60,535 nucleotides of DNA from Verrucomicrobiota bacterium (GTDB lineage: Bacteria; Verrucomicrobiota; Verrucomicrobiia; Limisphaerales; JAYTXL01): the NCBI GenBank assembly GCA_043742955.1, contig JAYTXL010000446.1:1-60535 (forward strand), given 5' to 3'. The translations under genes and the position numbers were made by a program. Numbering within the stretch: the first letter of the stretch is position 1; each line of letters begins with the position of its first letter. The notes beneath the pieces are model-generated. The model saw only the letters and a list, made by a program, of their open reading frames with translations. It was not told the DNA's origin and did not search any database. This document shows positions 41,753-49,890 of the stretch, one piece after another.

Positions 41753-42442
41753 TTAAATTGCTTTGCGGGCCTGCAACAATATGCGGGCGCCGTGTTCCTG
41801 CCAAACCCGGACACCGCTGAGGCCGGCTTGGTCCGCCAATGCCAGCCACTCTGACACTCGCCACCCGCGACGCACAGACAACAGGCCATCCGATCGAAAG
41901 TGAGCGGGAAAACCGAAGACATGCAAGTAGAGCCAGATTACCACATACATGATCCAACTGCGGTGCAAGTCATATACCAGCACGCCGTGGCGCGACACGC
42001 GGTGCGCCTCGCTGAAATGTCGCGCGACTTGGGTATTGGACCCCAAGTGATGCGTCATCTGCGAAGCGATCACCACATCAAAACTCCGATCCCGAAAGGG
42101 GAGAGAGAGCGCGCTTCCGGCGACATTTGTGGGCACTCGATTTAACCGCAGTGCGAGCGGATTAAGGTCGAGGCTCGTGACGTGCCAGCGCCATCCCTGA
42201 CGAGCGGCCCAACCGGTAAGTTCGAAGCCCAGCGAACCGTCCCCGGCCCCGAGGTCCAGCAAGGTCAGGGAACGGCAACGCTCCGTCCCCAGCATCTGCG
42301 GGATCAAGCGTTGGAAGGGTTCGGCAAAGCGGAATACCCGGTTGACCCTGGCAAGCAAGCGGTAGCCCTCGCTTACTTCGGCGAAGGAGCGGTCGGGCGC
42401 GTCGAAATATTCTGCTTGCGTGGTACGGTGACTCAAAAACAT
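41753..42442 (-). CDS. Class I SAM-dependent methyltransferase
   Basis: Motif I TLLDLGAGDGSLG. Trimmed to ATG 42442. Its stop codon directly abuts the GT2 stop codon. Confidence 0.75.
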   Translation of the reverse strand: MFLSHRTTQAEYFDAPDRSFAEVSEGYRLLARVNRVFRFAEPFQRLIPQMLGTERCRSLTLLDLGAGDGSLGFELTGWAARQGWRWHVTSLDLNPLALRLNRVPTNVAGSALSLPFRDRSFDVVIASQMTHHLGSNTQVARHFSEAHRVSRHGVLVYDLHRSWIMYVVIWLYLHVFGFPAHFRSDGLLSVRRGWRVSEWLALADQAGLSGVRVWQEHGARILLQARKAI

Positions 42443-42842
42443 GCTCTTGCTTACGGAAACCATGACTGACACACAAGCCAAAGTCGCATCGCCTCTGAAA
42501 ACCGGCGTGAAGTTGCTGCAGCGCCTGCTGGTTTTGTTTGCGGTGGCGACGGCCTTCACTTGGGTTTTGAACCATTCCTCGACTACGGTCAAAAGCGACG
42601 CCCCGCCGGCGGGATTTGTCCAAGGCATGCTCCACGGGGCGCTGATGCCAGGCGCCTTGCCCCACTTATTGTTGGGCGACGACGTCTCGATTTACGCGCT
42701 TAACAACGTCGGCAGGCAATACAAGCTTGGCTATACCGTGGGGGTCAATGGCTGCGGTGCCATCTTTTTCGGCGTGTTCTTTTGGCGCGTCAGCCGCTGG
42801 CGGAAAGCGCGCAAGCTCAGTGGCCGGACCGCCGGTCAATAG
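42441..42842 (+). CDS. Small integral membrane protein, unknown function
   Basis: Three hydrophobic segments (LLVLFAVATAFTWVL, GMLHGALMPGALPHLLL, GCGAIFFGVFFWRV). Start is ATG 42441 or 42462. Confidence 0.4.
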   Translation: MLLLTETMTDTQAKVASPLKTGVKLLQRLLVLFAVATAFTWVLNHSSTTVKSDAPPAGFVQGMLHGALMPGALPHLLLGDDVSIYALNNVGRQYKLGYTVGVNGCGAIFFGVFFWRVSRWRKARKLSGRTAGQ

Positions 42843-43627
42843 AAAGCGCTCCGGTAGATTTCGTAAACGTCCACGCGCCCACCGGCAAAATAAAGATTAC
42901 GCGGGAACAAGAAAGTCCGGCTCGCCCGGTCGTAGGTCAGGGTGGTCGCCTTCGCCGGTTCATTCGGATCATAAGTCGAGAACACAATCTCCCGTTCGCT
43001 TTCCCGCCGGTCAAATAACAGCACGGCGTGGTTGATGGACAACTTCGGAAAGCGGACCACATGCACCACGGGCGGCCGGTTCTGTTGCAGGGCAGCCACT
43101 AATTGGCGCGCCATTCGCTCCTGATGCCCGCGGCTCAACGGCATGATCATGCGCCAGTGGCCGCGCTGGAGGTAGCTTTGCCAGGCGCCGCCGCATTCCG
43201 CCTTCAGCAGTTCCGACTGCCCGGCACTAAACGCGTGCAGATCCGCATAACCCGGGATCAACACGCGCGCCGCGTCCCGGCGATCGCGGCGCGGACTGCG
43301 TGCCACCACCGCGCGGATCAATCGCCGGTACTCGGCCGCCGACACCGCTGGTTGAGCCGCGTCAAACCGGGCGTGTTGGAAAAACTGCCGGGCGCAACGG
43401 GCGACCACAAAGCAATGGTGCGAATACTCCGCAGGCGGGTCCCGGCGGTGGGTGGTGCGCCCGCCCGTGGACGTGTCGAATTGGTATTCCCACACCAGCT
43501 CATTGGCGTAGGCGAAGGTGTCCCGCGAAAAATCGAACCGCTCCCGGATAATCGCCGACGACGGAGGCGTGACGCAACCTGCCAGGCACAGGGACAACAG
43601 CAAAATATGGACGCCACGCAATAACAT
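42836..43627 (-). CDS. Lipoprotein, unknown function
   Basis: Lipobox in MLLRGVHILLLSLCLAGCVTPP. Trimmed from ORF 42836-44086 to ATG 43627. Confidence 0.5.
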   Translation of the reverse strand: MLLRGVHILLLSLCLAGCVTPPSSAIIRERFDFSRDTFAYANELVWEYQFDTSTGGRTTHRRDPPAEYSHHCFVVARCARQFFQHARFDAAQPAVSAAEYRRLIRAVVARSPRRDRRDAARVLIPGYADLHAFSAGQSELLKAECGGAWQSYLQRGHWRMIMPLSRGHQERMARQLVAALQQNRPPVVHVVRFPKLSINHAVLLFDRRESEREIVFSTYDPNEPAKATTLTYDRASRTFLFPRNLYFAGGRVDVYEIYRSAFY

Positions 43628-43666
43628 GCTTGCGGCAAAACCTATCGACGCGTTAACAAACTGACA

Positions 43667-44926
43667 ATGCTTTACGAAGGCTGGCGGAGGATCGCCCGGG
43701 AACGGGGCGCTGAAATTGCCGTGCGCGATCATGCCCCGGCCCGTAGCTGGACGTTCGCCCAACTGGCGGCGGAAGCGGAGCAAGACGTTGGGCCCGTTCC
43801 CGCGATCACCTTTCCCCAGGGGCGTTCCGCGGACTTCGTGGTCGGCGTGCTCCGCGCCTGGCGACAGCACGCGGTGATTTGTCCGCTCGAACTTGGCCAG
43901 GCCGCACCCGTATTGGCCACCACCCCGCCGGAGTGTGTCCTTCTGAAAACCACCTCCGCCTCGACCGCCGGGCCGCGCTTGGTCGCTGTCACCGCCGCGC
44001 AACTCGCCGCCGACGCCGAAAACATCGTGGCCACCATGGGGCTGCGCCGGGACTGGCCGAACCTCGGCGTGATTTCGCTCGCGCATTCCTATGGCTTTTC
44101 AAATCTGGTTTTGCCGCTGGTGCTCCACGGCATTCCGTTGACCTTGGCCGCGTCGCCGTTGCCGGAATCGATCCGGCAGGCAGCAGCGGGCGAAAAGGCC
44201 ATCACCCTTCCAGCGGTGCCTGCGCTGTGGCGGGCGTGGCTGGAAGCGAACGCGATTCCGCCCAACGTCCAACTCGCAATTTCAGCCGGCGCTCCCCTGC
44301 CCTTGCCACTGGAGCAGGCGATCTTCGCCGCGGCCGGATTGAAGATTCACAATTTTCTGGGCGCCAGCGAATGCGGCGGCATTGCCTACGATGCCTCGGC
44401 CAACCCGCGCGCTGACGCGGCGTGCGTGGGCACAGCCTTGCGGAATGTCCGGCTGGCCCTGGGCGGCGATGGCTGCCTGGAGGTGCGCGGCCCCGCGGTG
44501 GCGCAGTCGTACTGGCCGGAAGCGGACGGGCGGTTGGGTGAAGGCTGTTTTCAAACCAGTGACCTGGTTGAATTCAAGGATGGCCTCGTCTTCTTGCGTG
44601 GGCGCACGGGCGACCAGATCAATGTCGCCGGCCGCAAGCTCTTGCCGGAGGTGGTTGAGCGCGCGTTGCTGACCCATCCTGGAGTGCGCGACTGCCTCGT
44701 TTTCGGCGCGCCCAGTCCGGATCGCGAACGCTCCGAGAGCATCGTCGCGTGCGTGGTGGGGAAGTCCGCCGCGACCGGCGAGGACTTGAAGCGGCATCTT
44801 CTCGATCGCCTCCCGGCCTGGCAAGTCCCGCGGGATTGGTGGTTCGTGGAGACGCTGGAAGTGAATCAACGCGGCAAATTGTCGCGCGCCGAGTGGCGAC
44901 GGAAATATGTGAGCCGGGCTGCGTGA
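43667..44926 (+). CDS. AMP-dependent synthetase/ligase (short adenylate-forming enzyme)
   Basis: KTTSASTAGPRLV (degenerate AMP P-loop), SHSYGF, QTSDLV, GRTGDQINVAGRKL and QRGKLSR blocks. Confidence 0.8.
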   Translation: MLYEGWRRIARERGAEIAVRDHAPARSWTFAQLAAEAEQDVGPVPAITFPQGRSADFVVGVLRAWRQHAVICPLELGQAAPVLATTPPECVLLKTTSASTAGPRLVAVTAAQLAADAENIVATMGLRRDWPNLGVISLAHSYGFSNLVLPLVLHGIPLTLAASPLPESIRQAAAGEKAITLPAVPALWRAWLEANAIPPNVQLAISAGAPLPLPLEQAIFAAAGLKIHNFLGASECGGIAYDASANPRADAACVGTALRNVRLALGGDGCLEVRGPAVAQSYWPEADGRLGEGCFQTSDLVEFKDGLVFLRGRTGDQINVAGRKLLPEVVERALLTHPGVRDCLVFGAPSPDRERSESIVACVVGKSAATGEDLKRHLLDRLPAWQVPRDWWFVETLEVNQRGKLSRAEWRRKYVSRAA

Positions 44927-45398
44927 CGGAGGTTCGATCAGCAAGCGAGGCGGAACCAGATTCGGCAATACCCGCATGGGCTGCGCATCTCAATTTCTTG
45001 CGGGGGCAGGGCAAACTGGAGGCTTGCCAGCGATTAGCCGGGGATGAGCGAGTTGGCGAGCGACATCCCCGGTCAAAACGCCGCTTTCCGACACCCTGGC
45101 GGGGTGGCAGACGAACGCACTACGGAGTGCTGTCACCGTAGGATTCTTCCTCCATGACTGGCACCGCTTTCAGGGTGCAATTCCTCGGACCGCTGATCCG
45201 GGGGTATCGCTGGGCTCAACCCCCGGCTAATGGCTGGCAACCTTTCAGGTTGGCCTGGAACAGTACCTGCAAGAAATTGAGATGCACCCGCCCGCCCGCA
45301 TGATTTGCGCGCGAAAAGATTCGTCAGCGGAAATTCCCCCCGCTAGAATCGTGCGTGGTCCCGATGCGAATATCATCAACAACCGAACGACTGAATTG

Positions 45399-48272
45399 AT
45401 GAATCTCACCGCGTACCACGCCAAGTATTTCGCCCACGAGCTGACCAAGCGATGCCCGTCCGATAGCATCCAGAAGCTCGCAGCCACCCTCGCCGATGCC
45501 CAAGTTGACCTCAATCCCCACCAGATTGATGCCGCGCTTTTCGCGTTCCGTTCGCCGTTGTCCAAGGGCGCAATCCTCGCCGATGAAGTCGGACTCGGTA
45601 AAACCATTGAGGCGGGGATTTTACTATCGCAGAAATGGGCCGAGCGGAAGCGGAAACTGCTGGTCATCGTTCCCGCCAATTTGCGCAAGCAGTGGAATCA
45701 GGAATTGTCCGACAAGTTTTTCCTGCCATCGGTCATCCTCGAAATGCGCACGTTCAACGAGCAAATCAAGCAGGGCAACTTGAACCCGTTTGAACGGGAT
45801 GAAATCGTCATCTGCTCCTACCACTTCGCCCGCAATAAGGACGCCTACATCCGCCAGGTGAACTGGCACCTTGTGGTGGTTGATGAAGCGCACCGCCTGC
45901 GAAATGTTTACAAGCCGGCCAACCGAATTGCCAACGCCATCAAGAGCGCCATTGCACCCTTCCCGAAAGTGTTGCTGACCGCAACGCCGCTGCAAAACTC
46001 GCTCTTGGAATTATTCGGGTTGGTCAGTGTCGTTGACGATTACACCTTCGGCGACCTCAAAAGTTTCAAGGCACAGTTCGCAAATCTCACGACGGAAAAG
46101 GATTTCGCAGAGTTGAAGGCGCGGTTGAAACCCGTTTGCCAGCGCACGCTGCGGCGGCAGGTGCTCGAATACGTCCCCTACACGAATCGCAAGGCCATCG
46201 TGCAGGAGTTCTTCCCCACGCCCGAAGAACAGACACTTTACGACCTCGTTTCCGATTATTTGCAGCGGCCCAATCTGTTTGCGTTGCCCGCCAGCCAGCG
46301 CCAACTGATGACGCTCATTTTGCGGAAACTGCTTGCGTCATCCACCTTCGCCATCTCTGCCACGCTAGGCGCGCTGTCCACGAAACTCGAAACGGTCGCC
46401 GCCGCGCAAGCCCCGGTGGAAATCGTCCCGGAAGAAATCGCGCCCGATTACGAAACGCTGAACGAAACCGAAGACGAGTGGACGAACGAAGACGCGCCGG
46501 AAAAGGAAGACCGGCGCTACACGCCCGAAGAATTGCAGCAGATGAGCGCGGAGGTTGCCGACCTAAAACAATTCCAGTCGCTCGCCCAATCCATCATCAA
46601 GAATTCCAAAGGCGAGGTGTTGCTCACCGCGTTGAAACGCGGCTTTGTCGCCGCGACCGAGAAGGGCGCGCAGAAGAAGGCCATCATTTTTACGGAGTCC
46701 AAGCGCACCCAGGAATACTTGCGCGGCCTCCTTGAGCAGACCGAATACGCCGGGAAAGTCGTGTTGTTCAACGGCTCGAACAGCGACGCGAAATCGAAAG
46801 AGATTTACCGCGAATGGCTCAAAAGGCACGAAGGCACTGACCGCGTGACCGGCTCGCCGAGCGCGGACATGCGGGCCGCGCTCGTCGATTATTTCCGCGA
46901 CGAAGCCATTGTGATGATTGCCACCGAAGCCGCCGCCGAAGGCATCAATCTTCAATTTTGCTCGCTCGTGTTGAACTACGATTTGCCGTGGAATCCGCAG
47001 CGCATCGAGCAACGCATCGGGCGCTGCCACCGTTACGGCCAGAAATGCGATGTGGTAGTGGTGAATTTTTTGAACAAGGCCAACGCCGCCGACGTTCGCA
47101 TTTACCAGTTGCTCGACGAGAAATTCAAACTGTTCAGCGGCGTCTTCGGCGCGAGCGATGAAGTGCTGGGCGCGATTGAATCCGGCGTCGATTTTGAAAA
47201 GCGCATCATTCAGATTTACCAGACCTGCCGGACACCGGAGCAAATCGAATTCAATTTCAACGCGCTGCAAAAGGAATTGGAAACGCAGATTGACGAGAAG
47301 ATTCAACAGACCCGGCAAAAACTTCTCGAAAACTTTGACGAAGAAGTTCAGGAAAAATTGCGAGTCAAAGACCGTGAGAGCAGCGATTACCTCAGCAAGT
47401 TTGAAAACTGGCTCTGGCAACTCACTCACTATTACTTGCAGGACTACGCCGAATTTGCAGATGACGGAAAAAGTTTCGTTCTGGCCCGCAATCCGTTCCC
47501 GCAGGAAAACATTCATCCCGGCCCCTACCGCAGCGGCAAGAACGTGGAGGACGCCAACCTTTACCGCATCGGCCACCCGCTGGCGAAACGCATCATCGAA
47601 AAGTGCAAGGCGCTCACGCCAGCACCCGCCGAACTGGTGTTCAAATACACAGGCGCGGGCAAAACTATTTCCATTCTTGAACCGCTGGTCGGCAAAAGCG
47701 GCTGGCTTCGCCTCGCGAACATGACCGTTTCCTCGTTCGACACGGAAGATTGGCTGCTCTTTGCGGGCGTCGCAGATGACAACCAGGCGCTTCATCCCGA
47801 TCAGTGCCAGCGGTTGTTTTCGCTAAACGCGAAAGAATCGCCGCAATTGAGCTTGGCCCCGGATGACAAGGTGCATGATCGAATGGATGCGCAGTGCGTG
47901 CAGCAGCGCCAAGACGTTCTCTTCCGCTTGAGCACGAAAAACGCCGAGTTCTTCGAGCTGGAGATGGAAAAGCTCGAAGGCTGGGCAGGCGACCTCAAGG
48001 AAAGCTTGGAGCATGAGTTGAAGGAGATTGACCGCGAAATCAAGGACACGAAACGCGAGGCGCAGCTTGCCGCCAGCCTCGAAACGAAAGTCGCGCACCA
48101 CAAACGTATCAAGGAATTGGAAGCCCGCCGCGCCGAGAAACGGCGCGGATTGTTTGAGGCGCAGGATGCCGTGGACACACGCAAAGACGGGCTTTTGACG
48201 GAAATCGAAGCGAGGTTGAAACAGGGCGTTCAAGAGGACGCCTTATTCACAATACGATGGCGGGTTGAATAA
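45399..48272 (+). CDS. SNF2-family helicase/translocase with ~380-aa uncharacterised C-terminal extension ending in a coiled coil
   Basis: Motif I LADEVGLGKTIEAG, II VVVDEAHRLRN, III LLTATPLQNS, V ATEAAAEGINLQ, VI NPQRIEQRIGRCHRYGQ. Trimmed to ATG 45399. Confidence 0.85.
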   Translation: MNLTAYHAKYFAHELTKRCPSDSIQKLAATLADAQVDLNPHQIDAALFAFRSPLSKGAILADEVGLGKTIEAGILLSQKWAERKRKLLVIVPANLRKQWNQELSDKFFLPSVILEMRTFNEQIKQGNLNPFERDEIVICSYHFARNKDAYIRQVNWHLVVVDEAHRLRNVYKPANRIANAIKSAIAPFPKVLLTATPLQNSLLELFGLVSVVDDYTFGDLKSFKAQFANLTTEKDFAELKARLKPVCQRTLRRQVLEYVPYTNRKAIVQEFFPTPEEQTLYDLVSDYLQRPNLFALPASQRQLMTLILRKLLASSTFAISATLGALSTKLETVAAAQAPVEIVPEEIAPDYETLNETEDEWTNEDAPEKEDRRYTPEELQQMSAEVADLKQFQSLAQSIIKNSKGEVLLTALKRGFVAATEKGAQKKAIIFTESKRTQEYLRGLLEQTEYAGKVVLFNGSNSDAKSKEIYREWLKRHEGTDRVTGSPSADMRAALVDYFRDEAIVMIATEAAAEGINLQFCSLVLNYDLPWNPQRIEQRIGRCHRYGQKCDVVVVNFLNKANAADVRIYQLLDEKFKLFSGVFGASDEVLGAIESGVDFEKRIIQIYQTCRTPEQIEFNFNALQKELETQIDEKIQQTRQKLLENFDEEVQEKLRVKDRESSDYLSKFENWLWQLTHYYLQDYAEFADDGKSFVLARNPFPQENIHPGPYRSGKNVEDANLYRIGHPLAKRIIEKCKALTPAPAELVFKYTGAGKTISILEPLVGKSGWLRLANMTVSSFDTEDWLLFAGVADDNQALHPDQCQRLFSLNAKESPQLSLAPDDKVHDRMDAQCVQQRQDVLFRLSTKNAEFFELEMEKLEGWAGDLKESLEHELKEIDREIKDTKREAQLAASLETKVAHHKRIKELEARRAEKRRGLFEAQDAVDTRKDGLLTEIEARLKQGVQEDALFTIRWRVE

Positions 48273-48347
48273 GCTGGAGCCGAGCTTTTGGAAGCTGGCA
48301 GGATTCACCCCGTTGCTTTAATCTGACGCACAAATCGAAATACCGAC

Positions 48348-49550
48348 ATGAAATTTCCACCCATCACCAAAGTTGTTATCAAGCGCTTTCGTAGTTTCCC
48401 GTCGGCAACACTCACTTTCGACAACCCGCTTTTCATTATCGGCCGCAACGGGTCTGGAAAAAGTAATCTTTCCGACGCGTTTAGCCTGGTCGCCGAAGCG
48501 ATGGTTTCGCCTTTGCAGGCGGTCTTTGACCGCCGGGGCGGACTTGCCTCGGTTCGCAATCGGAGTTCGGTACAAAGTGCGCCGCCCAACATGGGCATTG
48601 CCTTTGAGTTTGGTGAAATTAACGGGATCGAAGGCGGACGTTTTGCCTTTGAAGTCAAGGCTCTCCCCAACTACGGCTACCGCATTGTCCATGAGCAGTG
48701 TCTGGTTCGGAAAAGTGACGGCAGCCGCTGTTGGTTTGACCGCACCGATAAATGGAAGAGCAACGTCGAAGGTCTGACCCCCGCTTTGGAGCCGTCGGCA
48801 CTGGCGTTGCCACTGGTCGGCGGTGATGAGCGGTTTGCCCATGTCTTCAAAGTTCTGGGAGCCATGCGCGTCTATTCCATTGAACCTTCCAAACTTCGGG
48901 AGATGCAGGACCCGGACAGTGGCGTGTCCCTCAAACCCGATGGCAGCAACGCCGCCAGCGTGCTGCAGGAATTGTTTCGCGGCAATGCGGCCATCGCGAC
49001 CAAGACCGAGATCAATCGCATTCTCGAGTCCATTGTTCCCGCCACCAAAACCGTGACCCCGAAAAAACACGGCAACAAACTTTCCATGAGTTTTTCGCAG
49101 GAATGGGGTGAAAAAAAGCGACTGACCTTCGATGCCTTCAATATGTCCGACGGCACGCTCCGTTCACTCGGCCTGATTATGGCCGTGTTTCAGAAGCCCA
49201 GTCCCAGCATCCTCGTCATCGAGGAACCCGAGGCCACGATTCATCCCGGGGCGCTCGGCGCGGTACTTGACCTCATCCGTAAGGCGGCCAAAACCATGCA
49301 GGTCGTCGTCACCACCCACAGCCCGGAATTACTGGACGCGAAATGGATTACCGACGCCAATCTCCGCATTGTTTCCTGGCAGGAAGGCGCATCCCACCTT
49401 TTGCCGCCCTCCGAAGCCACCCGGCAGGCCATGCGTCAGCATCTCATGGGCGCAGGCGAATTGCTTCGTTCCAACGCCCTTCATGCCGACGAACTTTTCA
49501 CTGGCGCTGACGACCTGCGTAACGGGAACCTCTTTGAAAACCTCACATGA
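48348..49550 (+). CDS. ABC/SMC-type AAA ATPase (AAA_21/AAA_15-like)
   Basis: Walker A GRNGSGKSN, signature-like MSDGTLRSLG, Walker B ILVIEEPEATIHP, H-loop VVVTTHSPELL. Confidence 0.85.
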   Translation: MKFPPITKVVIKRFRSFPSATLTFDNPLFIIGRNGSGKSNLSDAFSLVAEAMVSPLQAVFDRRGGLASVRNRSSVQSAPPNMGIAFEFGEINGIEGGRFAFEVKALPNYGYRIVHEQCLVRKSDGSRCWFDRTDKWKSNVEGLTPALEPSALALPLVGGDERFAHVFKVLGAMRVYSIEPSKLREMQDPDSGVSLKPDGSNAASVLQELFRGNAAIATKTEINRILESIVPATKTVTPKKHGNKLSMSFSQEWGEKKRLTFDAFNMSDGTLRSLGLIMAVFQKPSPSILVIEEPEATIHPGALGAVLDLIRKAAKTMQVVVTTHSPELLDAKWITDANLRIVSWQEGASHLLPPSEATRQAMRQHLMGAGELLRSNALHADELFTGADDLRNGNLFENLT

Positions 49551-49702
49551 AGGTGTATCCGATTGTCGAAGGCCACGGCGAAGTTGAGGCCGCGCCCGTC
49601 CTGCTGCGGCGTCTGCTCGCGGAAGCGCGGTGCCAGCACATCGGCGTGGGGCGTCCAATCCGGCGCACCCAATCCCATGGCAGGCCGAATGATTTCCCAC
49701 GC

Positions 49703-49770
49703 ATGACGAAGAAACAAAAACTGGAACTGACCTGGATTGGGAAGGAGAACCGGCCGGGTCGTATCACGCG
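49703..49770 (+). repeat. Decayed direct duplicate of the mod gene 5' end
   Basis: 49703-49755 matches 49891-49943 at 51/53 nt. 49758-49770 matches 49983-49995 at 13/13 nt. Relative to mod, 37 nt are missing between the two blocks. Confidence 0.85.
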
Positions 49771-49795
49771 GCACACCGCGTTACCCGGAGAGACA

Positions 49796-49881
49796 ACCGC
49801 GAATGAACGCGAAGGGACGCGAATGAAGACGGGGGTGGGGCTGCTTTCGGAAATTCGCGTTCATTGGCGTCCATTCGCGGT
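49796..49881. repeat. REP-like long hairpin built from inverted triple decamer arrays (29-nt arms, 25/29 paired, 28-nt loop)
   Basis: Left arm is ACCGCGAATGAACGCGAAGGGACGCGAAT. Right arm is ATTCGCGTTCATTGGCGTCCATTCGCGGT. Aligned by eye. Confidence 0.75.
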
Positions 49882-49890
49882 TAAAATCCG

